DNA of 63,427 nt, filler included, from Octopus bimaculoides (lineage: Eukaryota): NCBI RefSeq assembly GCF_001194135.2. It is 6 parts of 6 records of this genome, joined end to end, with 100 filler letters (N's around TTAATTAATTAA, not from the genome) between each part and the next. Parts side by side here need not be neighbours in the genome. Positions count along the whole stretch, not along the records: positions 33,259 to 60,299 come from NC_068981.1; positions 60,400 to 63,427 come from NW_026439779.1; 4 more parts are not named here. One strand, given 5' to 3'. Made by a program: the position numbers and the translations under genes. Positions 52,082 through 63,427 of the stretch are shown in pieces (the first letter of the stretch is position 1; every line of letters starts with the position of its first letter). The notes below the pieces were generated by a model. That model ran no database searches and was not told the DNA's origin. It worked only from the letters and a program-made list of their open reading frames with translations.

Positions 52082-52921
52082 ATGAAAACTCACAGTTTAT
52101 TGTGCTGGGTTTGATGGAAAGTGTCAGCTGTTCACAGACTAAGGTGACACTTGTTTACTGGCCATTCTTCAAGAACCCAGCGAAGAATTCTTGCAGTTCC
52201 AAGCAATGCTGGTTTTTGTAGGTCTTCTACCTTCGCACTTGCACCGATCTTTTTCACCCATGTTGGTAGTTGAGTGCCGATACTTCCAAATGCACCAATT
52301 ACTATTGGTACCCTATCTACTCTCTTCATTTACCAAAACTTTCGTATTTCCCACTTTAAATCGTCATAGTTGTTTATTTTTTTCTTCTTTCCTATTGTCC
52401 GGGGCATGCTATGTCGATAATCATACATGTTCTTTCTTTTTTATTCACCACAACAATGTCCGGTTTCCTATGTCTGGTCAGGAGATCGTACTGAATCATT
52501 ACATCCCACAGGATTCTGCTCAGGATTCTCATTTTCGGTGACTCCTTCCGGGATTTGCTCATACCACGTCTTTGCTCTTTGTAGGCCGTGATTTCCACAG
52601 AGCTCCCAATGGAACATTCTTTCCATATTGTCATGACGTCTTTTGTACTCGCGTTGTGCCAATTTCGGGCATTCGCTAACGATGTGCCATACCGTTTCAT
52701 CCTTTCCACCACACATTCTGCATTTGTCGCTATCGGTGGTGTTGTCAATTCTGCACTTCACATAATTGGTCATTAACGCTTGTTCCTGAGCTGCGCATTT
52801 GAGTTCTTCTGTCTCTATCTTCAGGTCACTCCTCATCATCCATAGCCACCGGTCCTCTGTATCTGTCTTGGTGTTCACATCTCTTGCAAACTGACCGTAC
52901 ATTTTTTTCCTTTCATGCTTC

Positions 52922-52975
<54 letters not shown>

Positions 52976-54405
52976 TATATTTCTTCTTTAAATTTTTCAT
53001 TAGTTACACAATTTTCAGTTTCGATGACACCGGCCTTCGTGTGTTTCAACAGTGGCTCCACGGCATTTTATATATGCCACCCTAAGTTTTCCTCTGCTTC
53101 GATACAGTCCTGGCAACTGATCAAACCTCTCCCACCCTTTCCTCTGAACAAGTACAGCCTGTCGGTATCATTCTTATGATGGAAGGCTCCGTGTTCTGTC
53201 AACATTTTTCTGGTCTTGGTATCCATTTTCCTCATTTCTCCCTTTTGCCATTTTATAATTTCCACTCCATACCGAAGTGATGCTATCGCCCACGTATTAA
53301 CTGCTTGGATTTTATTCCATCCGGTCAATTTTGAGCGTAACACCAACCTCAGCCTTCGGAAATACTCAGTTGCTTCTTCATTTCCTTTTCCATTATCTCT
53401 TTGCACTCTAGTACACCAAGATATTTGCAGCCTTCCGTTTAAATTTGCTTGAAACAGAAGGACTCTATTCAGCAATTCTATGCCTTCTAGGGGCTGTACC
53501 TTGCCTCTTTTTAGGTAGATTACTCCTCACTTCTTGAGTCTAAATTCCATTCTAATATCACTACTAAAACAGTGGACCGTGTTCACCAAAGAACTCACTT
53601 GTGTCTCGTCTTTGCCATACACTTTCAAATCATCCATGATGAGGAGGTGGTTGATTGTTTGAGATTTTTTCCTTTAGTTGGTATCCCAAGTTCCTTTTCC
53701 TGAGCACCAAGGTCAGGAGTACATTGCAGAGATCGAAAAGTAACGGAGATAGGATGTCACCCTGGAAAATCCTTCTTCTGATACCCAGGGTGCCCAAGAT
53801 TTTTCCCTAAGTTTTCCATCCCACCATACTTCTCTTCATGAAACGCGTTACATTCCTCACAATTCCAAACAGATCTAAGCACTCGATGATCCACGAATGT
53901 GGAATCATATCATAAGCTTTGCTATAGTCAATCCAAGCGATTCCCACATTTGTTCTCCTTCGTTTACAATCTTGCATTACCATTTTGTCTATCAATAGTT
54001 GATCTTTGGTACCACTGCATCTCTTTCTACAGCCTTTATGTTCTGACCGTAATATATCGTTCTCATCAAGAAAATTTATACAGTTCTTCTGCAATTCCTC
54101 CTGAAAGTAACTTTCACATTAACGGGAGGCAGGAAATTAAACTTTTTTATCCAAAATCTATCAACACCATCATGTCCTGCTGCTTTCCAATTGCTTATCT
54201 TTTTACTGATATTTCTGATACTGTCGTCTGTTAAGTGGATAGCTGAGGATAAGAAGCTGCTTGCTTCAGGCTGCAGAGCCATTCAGCTGTAGTATTATGT
54301 TCTTGCTTACTCCATATCTTACCCCAGAAAAGTCGACTTTCATCAGCATCAGGGACTAACCTTTCACGTTTTTTATCGTCATCAATCTCTTGATAACATC
54401 TATTA
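52082..54405 (-). mobile_element. R4/Dong-clade LINE, 5'-truncated: RT, CCHC knuckle, restriction-like endonuclease, 3' UTR
   Basis: [100 protein letters not shown]; AATAAA then (CAA)n; frameshifted, poly-A expansion at ~52924-52973. Confidence 0.92.
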
Positions 54406-54410
54406 TTATT

Positions 54411-54600
54411 AAGGCGGTGAGCTGCCAGAATCGTTAGCACGCTGGACGAAATGATTAGTGGTGTTTCGCCCGTCGCTACATTCTGAGTTCAAATTAAGCC
54501 GAAGTCGACTTTGCCTTCCATCCTTTGAAGGTCAATAAATTAAGTACCAATGAAACACTGGGGTCGATGTAATCGACTAATCCCCTCCCCACAAAATTTC
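54411..54600 (+). mobile_element. SINE family C monomer
   Basis: AAGGCGGTGAGCTGCCAGAATCGTTAGCAC head and core. Confidence 0.88.
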
Positions 54601-54680
54601 AGGGATGCAAGTATACGAAGCCCACAAAATTTGAGGCAAAATTCAAGGGATTCAAATATACGAAGCCCACAAAATTTGAG

Positions 54681-55318
<638 letters not shown>

Positions 55319-56390
55319 GCTGCTCACCTACTTAGATGCGTTTGCAAGTTACTCTTCAAAACATTGTATTCTACCTCGTGTGAACCGTATGAAATATTTT
55401 TCTCTTTTTTTTTTCTTTTTTTTATTTTTTTTTTATCTATTTATTCATACAAAAAAAAAACCCTTCGGAATTTGAAACTCTACACTTACAGTGTTCAGAC
55501 GAAGGAATAAGGTTCGTTTTTCATTTCTTTTTTTTTTAGACAAATTACAATTTTCTTTTCTTTCTTTACTCGCATAGATGGGCAAAATAACTACAAGAAA
55601 TAGCAGTCACAGCCACTTTCTTAAAAGGAAAGAAAAAATGGAAATGAAGACAAACAGAGAAAGAAAAACAGAAGATGAACAAGAAAACATTGTTAATGTA
55701 TCAAAGATACACATTTCAAAAGAAAAAAGAAACTTAATGGCATTTCCATCAACAATGCTACAAGTGTGAACATTTTTAGCGACTTTATTGGCAACAACAC
55801 AAACATTCGCACACATAAATATCGTCTTTTGCCGAGCGATGATTGCACAAATGAAGATGTTTTACTAAAATTGCCTTCGTTATTTGAGCTTGCACAAATC
55901 ACAGTCCAGAACAGAGTTGTGGTGTGTATATGTCAAAAAAACTTTCCCTTGACCGAAAATATTATCCAGGAGCGGGAGATAGAAAAGTGGGATGTTTTTC
56001 TTGGTCCTCTCGAAGGACCAAATATGGGAAACTCTGGTAGATATCGACTGACACCTTGTTAAAACAGAAGGGTAAAGCTTACGGCCGTCCGGACTTCAAG
56101 ACCGAGAACAAGTTGCGGGGCTACGTAAGGATCTTAAACGATGTACCCTCCCATAAGTTCATGGAGCAGTGTAACACAAAAGTGACAAAAGCAGAGAAAA
56201 TAAAGTGGATCATTTGTTTGTTGTTGACTTTACAGAGCAATGCGATTGGGTACAAGTACACAAATAACGAGGAGCGACATGTAATCTAGAAAGGTTAGCA
56301 TAGACTTGCAAGTAGATTTCTGAAGACCACAAAGCAATTTCGAAGTTGTGTCTCGTCGTGAGTGCTGAGACAGGAAGCCATGGGACAGAC

Positions 56391-56785
56391 TGTTGTTGTT
56401 GTTGTTGTTGGCACTCCGTCGCTTACGACGTCGAGGGTTCCAGTTGATCCGATCAACGGAACAGCCTGCTCGTGAAATTAACGTGCAAGTGGATGAGCAC
56501 TCCACAGACACGTGTACCCTTAACGTAGTTCTCGGGGAGATTCAGCGTGACACAGTGTGACAAGGCTGGCCCTTTGAATTACAGGTCCAACAGAAACAGG
56601 AAGTGAGAGTGAGAGAAAGTTGTGGTGGAAGAGTACAGCAGGGTCCGCCACCATCCCCTGCCGGAGCCTCGTGGAGCTTTAGGTGGTTTCACTCAATAAA
56701 CACTCACAACGCCCGGTCTGGGAATTGAAACCGTGATTCTATGACCACGAGTCCGCTGCCATAACCACTGGGCCATTGCGCCTCC
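56391..56785 (-). mobile_element. SINE family A, full length
   Basis: Complete head, body and (CAA)n tail. Confidence 0.92.
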
Positions 56786-57479
56786 ACGGAACAGAGTGTA
56801 CATGGCAAAAACCCCACATGTTAAAACTATGGTAGTGAGAGTCACTAAAATACATTTTGCTTTGAAGAACCGGTGAAACCGAGGAGACGAGAATCTGCGG
56901 AGAACAACCGACCCTAGTTTCCAGGGCTTTATTCTAAAATACATGTCAGACATTACAGAGTTGTGGGAGTTATTGTCTCAGTGTCACATTGTGTGCAGGA
57001 ACAGGCTAAAACAAGTAGCACTCAATACATTTGGTTGGAGTTACATATATTTTGCAACAATTTGACTCAGTTCTAGTTGACTTAAAGTTTCGTGGGCGCA
57101 AGGGAGAGTGAAGGGTTTGAAACACAAGCTGGTTTGCCTGGTGTTTAGGCCACTATTGGTCAGTCACATCGCTAACAGTAGCACCTCAGCCCTTCAATGG
57201 CTCATCTAATCATCCAGTGTAATCTTCCTTCGTGACCCTAATAAAGGCAACATTACTACAAGTTGAATTTTACTGCAATGTCTCTAAGAATTTCTAAAAT
57301 AAATGTCAGACATTACATCGGTTCCATCGACTCAGTCCCTGCACATTTCTGTTGCTATGTCTTTGAGTCTGATAAAATAATTGGTTTTAGAAGAAATTTA
57401 ATGGAAATATGTAGACTACAACGTTTCGAACACTGCTTTTCGTCTGGCAGCGAGGAGGAGGAAGAAAGACAGTTTGTTA

Positions 57480-57740
57480 CTCGGACTGGAAGCAAATATA
57501 CTATCCCTTTTGTGCATCAGGCACTTGGTTGATATTTCCTGTTCCTGGATTACAAACGCATACCCTTCAAAGTGGGAGGTAATAATCCGGTTATTCGTCC
57601 ATGATAAACTGCTTTGATGATCGATGTTACTATCATCACGGAGCTTTCTACTAACATATCCATGCATAGTCTTCTGCTCATCTTTTCATCTGATGAAACG
57701 TTGCGGTAGAGTCGTGCGACTTCTTTGGGCATGTATTCTA
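57480..57740 (-). mobile_element. R4-like LINE fragment (post-RT region)
   Basis: MHGYVSRKL..W..SHFEGYAFVIQEQEISTKCL parallels MYGQFARD..AAQEQAL of the 52-kb element. Confidence 0.6.
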
Positions 57741-57982
57741 GATTTGTTTGTATGTATGTATGTATGAATGTATGTATGTATGCATAAGAACACCGTATTT
57801 CGTTATTCAACCATAATATACTACCAAGTATATTAAAGGGCTTTATAAGTCAATATTGTGTCCAAAACATACATACACACATACATACATACATACATAC
57901 ATACATGCAGACATACACGCGAACATACACTCATTCATGCAAACACATACATAGACGCATGCATACATGTGTGTGTGTATGC

Positions 57983-58044
<62 letters not shown>

Positions 58045-59569
58045 CATTGAAATTTTTCAGTGATCCTTAGTGAAAGCAATTAAAAATGAAAGAAGCTCTT
58101 TAATAGCCAACACAGCAAGTCTTAATAATTCTGCAAATTAGTTGAGATAAACCAGTGACCTAAAAGCAGATTCTGCAAGTTTTTGCAGCAGTTAACTCAC
58201 AAAATCCTCTTTATCAACAAGTGCATGGATCTATCTGCTTGTCAAAATAAATCTTATTACAAAGGTCAGACGTCTTCTTCAAAATAAGTCAAATTATTTG
58301 CGAAACCTACTTATTCTCTCTCTCTCTCTCTTTTTATCTCCACTATCTGGGTGATTACATGTAGTCAATGCCCCTTTAGGTCACAGCAGGTCAAACTGAT
58401 TATTAGATTCAATCATTTTGCTATAGATCATACGAGGTTAGTCTTAAGTTAATCCCTTTAAAAAGTTTACATTTTATTTTGTATATTTACTTTAAATATA
58501 TTTTACATTTCAATTTTAGTTTTGCTGACAAAACTAAAAGCAGCCATCCGCTCGTCTATAAATGGTCTCCATGTATTTATCCAATAAACAATTTATTCAC
58601 TATTTAATATTTATTCACTTTCAAGTGATAATGTTTAAGGCTAAACTATTTGCTGCCTTTACAGCATTTATTATATGTCGGTCAAATTGTCACGAGACGG
58701 GTTACCAGTTGCAAGGGTAGATAACTACTTTGTTTTTGTCTTTTCTTTTTTCGTTTCGCCACAGATAAATAATGCACTTTGCCGCGACTTTTTACGTATG
58801 ATTCATCGCATGGAAGGGGGAAATTCGGTTTAAAACGCTTTCAACAAAATTTAAAATGTTAATGCATGCGACACCGTTAGAAAATATTCATCAATAACAT
58901 GAATATTGAAAAATAAAATCTTAAATTATTCCAGATCAGGTAGAGCCAGTTTGTTTTTTTGCGATGAGATCAGTCTTTAGCCATTAAAACAGCGAGCTGC
59001 AATATCTATTCACTTCTCCGTCTGTGATTCAAGTCGAAAATTAAAGAAACAAAACAAAACAAAAACCAAAAACAATCCGACAAAATAGAAACTTTTCCTC
59101 TTCATTAATATTGATATTAAAGTAGTTACAATGTAAATTTTAAATTTGGATATTTTTATTCAAGGAATGTCTCATTAAATTAATGAAACGTTTGTTCCTT
59201 TAGATTATCGCTTGGTTCAAATACAAAAACGGAGAAATATGTTTTAATAAAATAATAAAATATAAAATAGTAGCGTATTGGCTCATTAAAATAAAATTCC
59301 GTCGCGAAAGACTAAACTTCATGAAGCAGCCGATCGTCCTCAATAGTTAATTATGATCGATATTGTAACCAGCATCGTTCGAAATCATCGCTAAACATTC
59401 AATCCTGGTAAGAAGATGCAGCGATATAATTTTAACGTAAAATAATATTATGATGGTGGTATAATTATCAGTAGACGACCTCGGATGACTTCATAAAACA
59501 CTCAACGTTAAGGCTGAGGCGATGTAACTAAACAAACATTTGTGATGGGTCATTGAATTGGACTGGACA

Positions 59570-59798
59570 GTAACCCTTTAGCATTTAGACCGCCCATGTC
59601 AGGCCCAAATATTCTATATGCTTTGTGTTCAAACGGGGAAAATTTGGTCTTTCACGCCTGCCCTACAATGTCATTCTTAAAAATAAACAGTTACATCATC
59701 GAAATCTCCAAATTGCCAAATAATGCACGGTTAATTTTAAACAATGTAACTAAACGAACCTTACATACGATAGAGTAATATAAAAGCTAACAGGTTAA
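59570..59798. mobile_element. piggyBac-type MITE (degenerate)
   Basis: Left GTAACCCTTTAGCATT, right AAAGCTAACAGGTTAA: imperfect TIRs with a TTAA end. Confidence 0.5.
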
Positions 59799-59880
59799 TA
59801 ATGATAAAAATAAGAGCGGATGACATATTGATTAACGTTTAACACCCCAACTTATTTGGAAACCCTAAAATATACAGCGT

Positions 59881-60180
59881 GGAGGCACAATGGCCCAGTG
59901 GTTAGGGCAGTGGACTCGCGGTCGTAGGATCGCGGTTTCGATTCCCAACAGGGCGTTGTGTGTGTTTATTGAGCGAAAACACCTAAAGTTCCACGAGGCT
60001 CCGGCAGGGGGTGGTGGCGACCCCTGTCGTACTCTCTCGCCCCAACTTTCTCTCACTCTTTCTGCCTGTTTCTTGAGTAACGCTGCGATGGACTGGCGTC
60101 CCATCCAGCTAGGGGGGAACACATACGCCATAGAAACCGGGAAACCGGGCCCATGAGCCTGGCTAAGCTTGAAAAAGGCG
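59881..60180 (+). mobile_element. Chimeric SINE: family A head and body with a different 3' domain
   Basis: Matches SINE A to ~60068, then TAACGCTGCGATGGACTGGCGTCCCATCCAG..GAAACCGGGAAACCGGGCCCATGAGCCTGGCT. Confidence 0.8.
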
Positions 60181-60299
60181 CGAAAGAAAATATACAGCAG
60201 AGGCCTACATAACAGTCGGAAGTGCCCTTGATCAGTTCATGGGGCTTTCAGTAAGTAGGGTCAACAGCCCTGTAAAAGCAAATTCTTTATGGTGTACTC

Positions 60300-60399
60300 N
60301 NNNNNNNNNNNNNNNNNNNNNNNNNNNNNNNNNNNNNNNNNNNTTAATTAATTAANNNNNNNNNNNNNNNNNNNNNNNNNNNNNNNNNNNNNNNNNNNN
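60300..60399. other. Scaffolding linker N44-TTAATTAATTAA-N44
   Basis: Same 100-bp structure. Confidence 0.9.
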
Positions 60400-60407
60400 G
60401 TGTGTGT

Positions 60408-60448
<41 letters not shown>

Positions 60449-60931
60449 CTTATATGTGTATGTGCATGAACGTACGTACAAAAAAGATGTTTTACCTGAC
60501 GGCCTCGATATCTGTTGAGTGGAAAATGGTTTTGCCTACCAGCTGAAGGCATTTTAATTTATCTAGAATTTTTGATATAAAAAAATACTTGGTTTATTCC
60601 TAATTCATTTGTGTACTGACAAGACCACTTGAATCCGTGTTCAATTAAAATAAGAATTATACTCGTCTTTCTGTCTCCTGGCTGCCCTTGAGATATCTTG
60701 CTTGGAAGAAAAGCAAAAGAGAAAAAGAGAGAAAGAAAGATGGCGGCGAACTGCAATTGTGTTTTTGTAGTCAGGGAAGAAAATGCTTCTGTCATCCACA
60801 GAATAACAGATACTGTTAGATTGATTATATATCTTTACTATTCTGTTAAGACCTATAAGATACAGATCACTTGAAATTTGGAAAGCGTTTATTTCTCTCC
60901 AACATAAACGAATAATAAATACATCAATTCT

Positions 60932-60970
<39 letters not shown>

Positions 60971-61561
60971 NNNNNNNNNNNNNNNNNNNNNNNNNNNNNN
61001 NNNNNNNNNNNNNNNNNNNNNNNNNNNNNNNNNNNNNNNNNNNNNNNNNNNNNNNNNNNNNNNNNNNNNNNNNNNNNNNNNNNNNNNNNNNNNNNNNNNN
61101 NNNNNNNNNNNNNNNNNNNNNNNNNNNNNNNNNNNNNNNNNNNNNNNNNNNNNNNNNNNNNNNNNNNNNNNNNNNNNNNNNNNNNNNNNNNNNNNNNNNN
61201 NNNNNNNNNNNNNNNNNNNNNNNNNNNNNNNNNNNNNNNNNNNNNNNNNNNNNNNNNNNNNNNNNNNNNNNNNNNNNNNNNNNNNNNNNNNNNNNNNNNN
61301 NNNNNNNNNNNNNNNNNNNNNNNNNNNNNNNNNNNNNNNNNNNNNNNNNNNNNNNNNNNNNNNNNNNNNNNNNNNNNNNNNNNNNNNNNNNNNNNNNNNN
61401 NNNNNNNNNNNNNNNNNNNNNNNNNNNNNNNNNNNNNNNNNNNNNNNNNNNNNNNNNNNNNNNNNNNNNNNNNNNNNNNNNNNNNNNNNNNNNNNNNNNN
61501 NNNNNNNNNNNNNNNNNNATACATACATACATACATACATACATATACATACATACATACA

Positions 61562-61632
<71 letters not shown>

Positions 61633-63427
61633 TCACAAACCCATGAATCAGCGTACATATGTATATTTGCGTATATATTAATATACATGTGTAAATGTGT
61701 ATATACGGAAGCACTCACACATACATTCTTACACACATACATACATACATACATACATACACTGCACATACTCACTAACATATACGATAATATATAGTTC
61801 ATAGAAATTAAGATATTCTGAATCATGCCTGATTTTCGTTGCAAACGAAATGTCTCCATTTATAGCAGAATTGACAAACGTTATTATTACACATTTGAAT
61901 AACACACTTTCACTTACTAACCTACACATTCTTATGAATGTCTCTCTTTCCAATTCTCTTTCACACAAATATTTACATTTATACATATATTTATATATAT
62001 ATATCTATATGTGTATATAGTGTGTGCGTGTATGTTTGTGTATGTCTGTGTGTGTGTGTGTGTGCATAAATGGAGATTGATAACTAGATTGTCAGACAGA
62101 CAGTCGGACAAGTCACATACACACACATACACACACACTCCCTCATATTTATTAGAAGGTTGGATCTTTAGCGCGTCACAGGTTGCTCCGGCGTTCTAGC
62201 ATGAAACAGCCTCGAAATCAGCGATCAATATAACTTTATCACAGGCCATACGATTTTTGATCTGAAAATTGCGCGAAGTATACATATTTAGGGTGTATCT
62301 CTGAATAGAGCGAGTACCTTTGATGTCTGGCAGCTGCATTTTGCCGGAAATGGTCGGGTGGACCATCTCTGGTCTTCATTCAACTCCTAATCTCTCGTTT
62401 GATGAGTTCTAGCATCACACCCCGGTACCCCCCACTTCATTTAATGGGATAAACCAAGTGAGGTGAGGGTGTTACCACTGCACCAGTGGGCGAAAGACCT
62501 CAGGTAAGGATTCGCAAGGTGTCACCGGCTAGGGCGGAAGAACATGCCAAGGTCAACGGCTTTAGTTTTAGGAGCCAAGGCGTGTCTCAGGTAGAGGCAT
62601 GCAGTTGTGGTTAAGAGTTTCGAGAGGAATGGACGTCGGCAAGGTAAATTACCCATAATACATTCATGATGATGACAACCAGATCAGAACCCATACTAGA
62701 TCGGTCATCACCTGGGTTAACACTAAAGAATGAATAGGCTTTGTTTTTGCTGAATCACAGAGGGAACAGGTCGAGAGAAACGACAAAATCTGAATGCGAC
62801 GTCATTAGTGAATGTCTCAACTACCACATGGTCAAGGCATAAGACGGAAGGATACACATTTGTGTAGAATACGCTTGAATTTCCATGAGAGTTTTTAGGA
62901 TACTGCCTTTCGTTGTATCATAAATAATCCAGAAATGTCATATATCTGGGATTATATTCATACGTAGATCTGTAAATTGATTAAATTATAATTACATTTC
63001 ATAATTCAACAAATTGTTATCATTTTTGCATTCTAAAACATTTAAAACTGTCTAGACACATTGGTATATCTCACATTACGAACTGTATGTATAAGGTTAA
63101 CTAACACTAGACTTAAATATCCACATCTCTGACATCAGAAACTATTAATGCGATTATATTTCATCGGATTAATGTCTTAATCATTTAACTTAAAATATCT
63201 GTAATACTAATGATGTTTCATCTCTAAAGGTGATGTTAATGATCCATAAAATTATTATCTTTACTCTAGCGCTATATTTTCACTTTTTAATTTCTGTTTC
63301 AGTGACTTTTCAAGTCCTAACTACATTTCATTGTTTTCTGAGGTTCTGACAAGCTTGGCACTATTCCATATATAATTGTATGAGGTACTACATAAACCAT
63401 TACTAGCATCTTCCTTCATAAATGTCT

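Overview
AT-rich, microsatellite- and transposon-saturated eukaryotic DNA. The SINE families and simple-repeat load look like an octopus (coleoid cephalopod) genome; this is an inference from recall, not a database result. The window is not contiguous: five 100-bp N44-TTAATTAATTAA-N44 linkers and many N gaps join separate contigs. I cannot identify a host protein-coding gene, and most ORFs in the track are microsatellite read-throughs. Recognisable content: three tRNA-derived SINE families (here A, B, C); a headless ~560-bp repeat (D); and decayed R4/Dong LINEs, RTE-like LINEs, an L1/Tx1 fragment, Penelope-like elements, mariners, hAT- and piggyBac-type MITEs and an internally deleted Gypsy element. 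The most notable signal is a well-formed type I minimal hammerhead ribozyme inside a ~200-bp multi-hairpin cassette embedded in (TA)n (18108-18310, retrozyme-like), with weaker hammerhead-like relics elsewhere. Also notable: a tail-to-tail pair of Dong 3' ends enclosing a SINE, an RTE-like LINE with an inverted 5' segment, a chimeric SINE, and a CpG-depleted repeat-poor block that may be a gene body or long 3' UTR.
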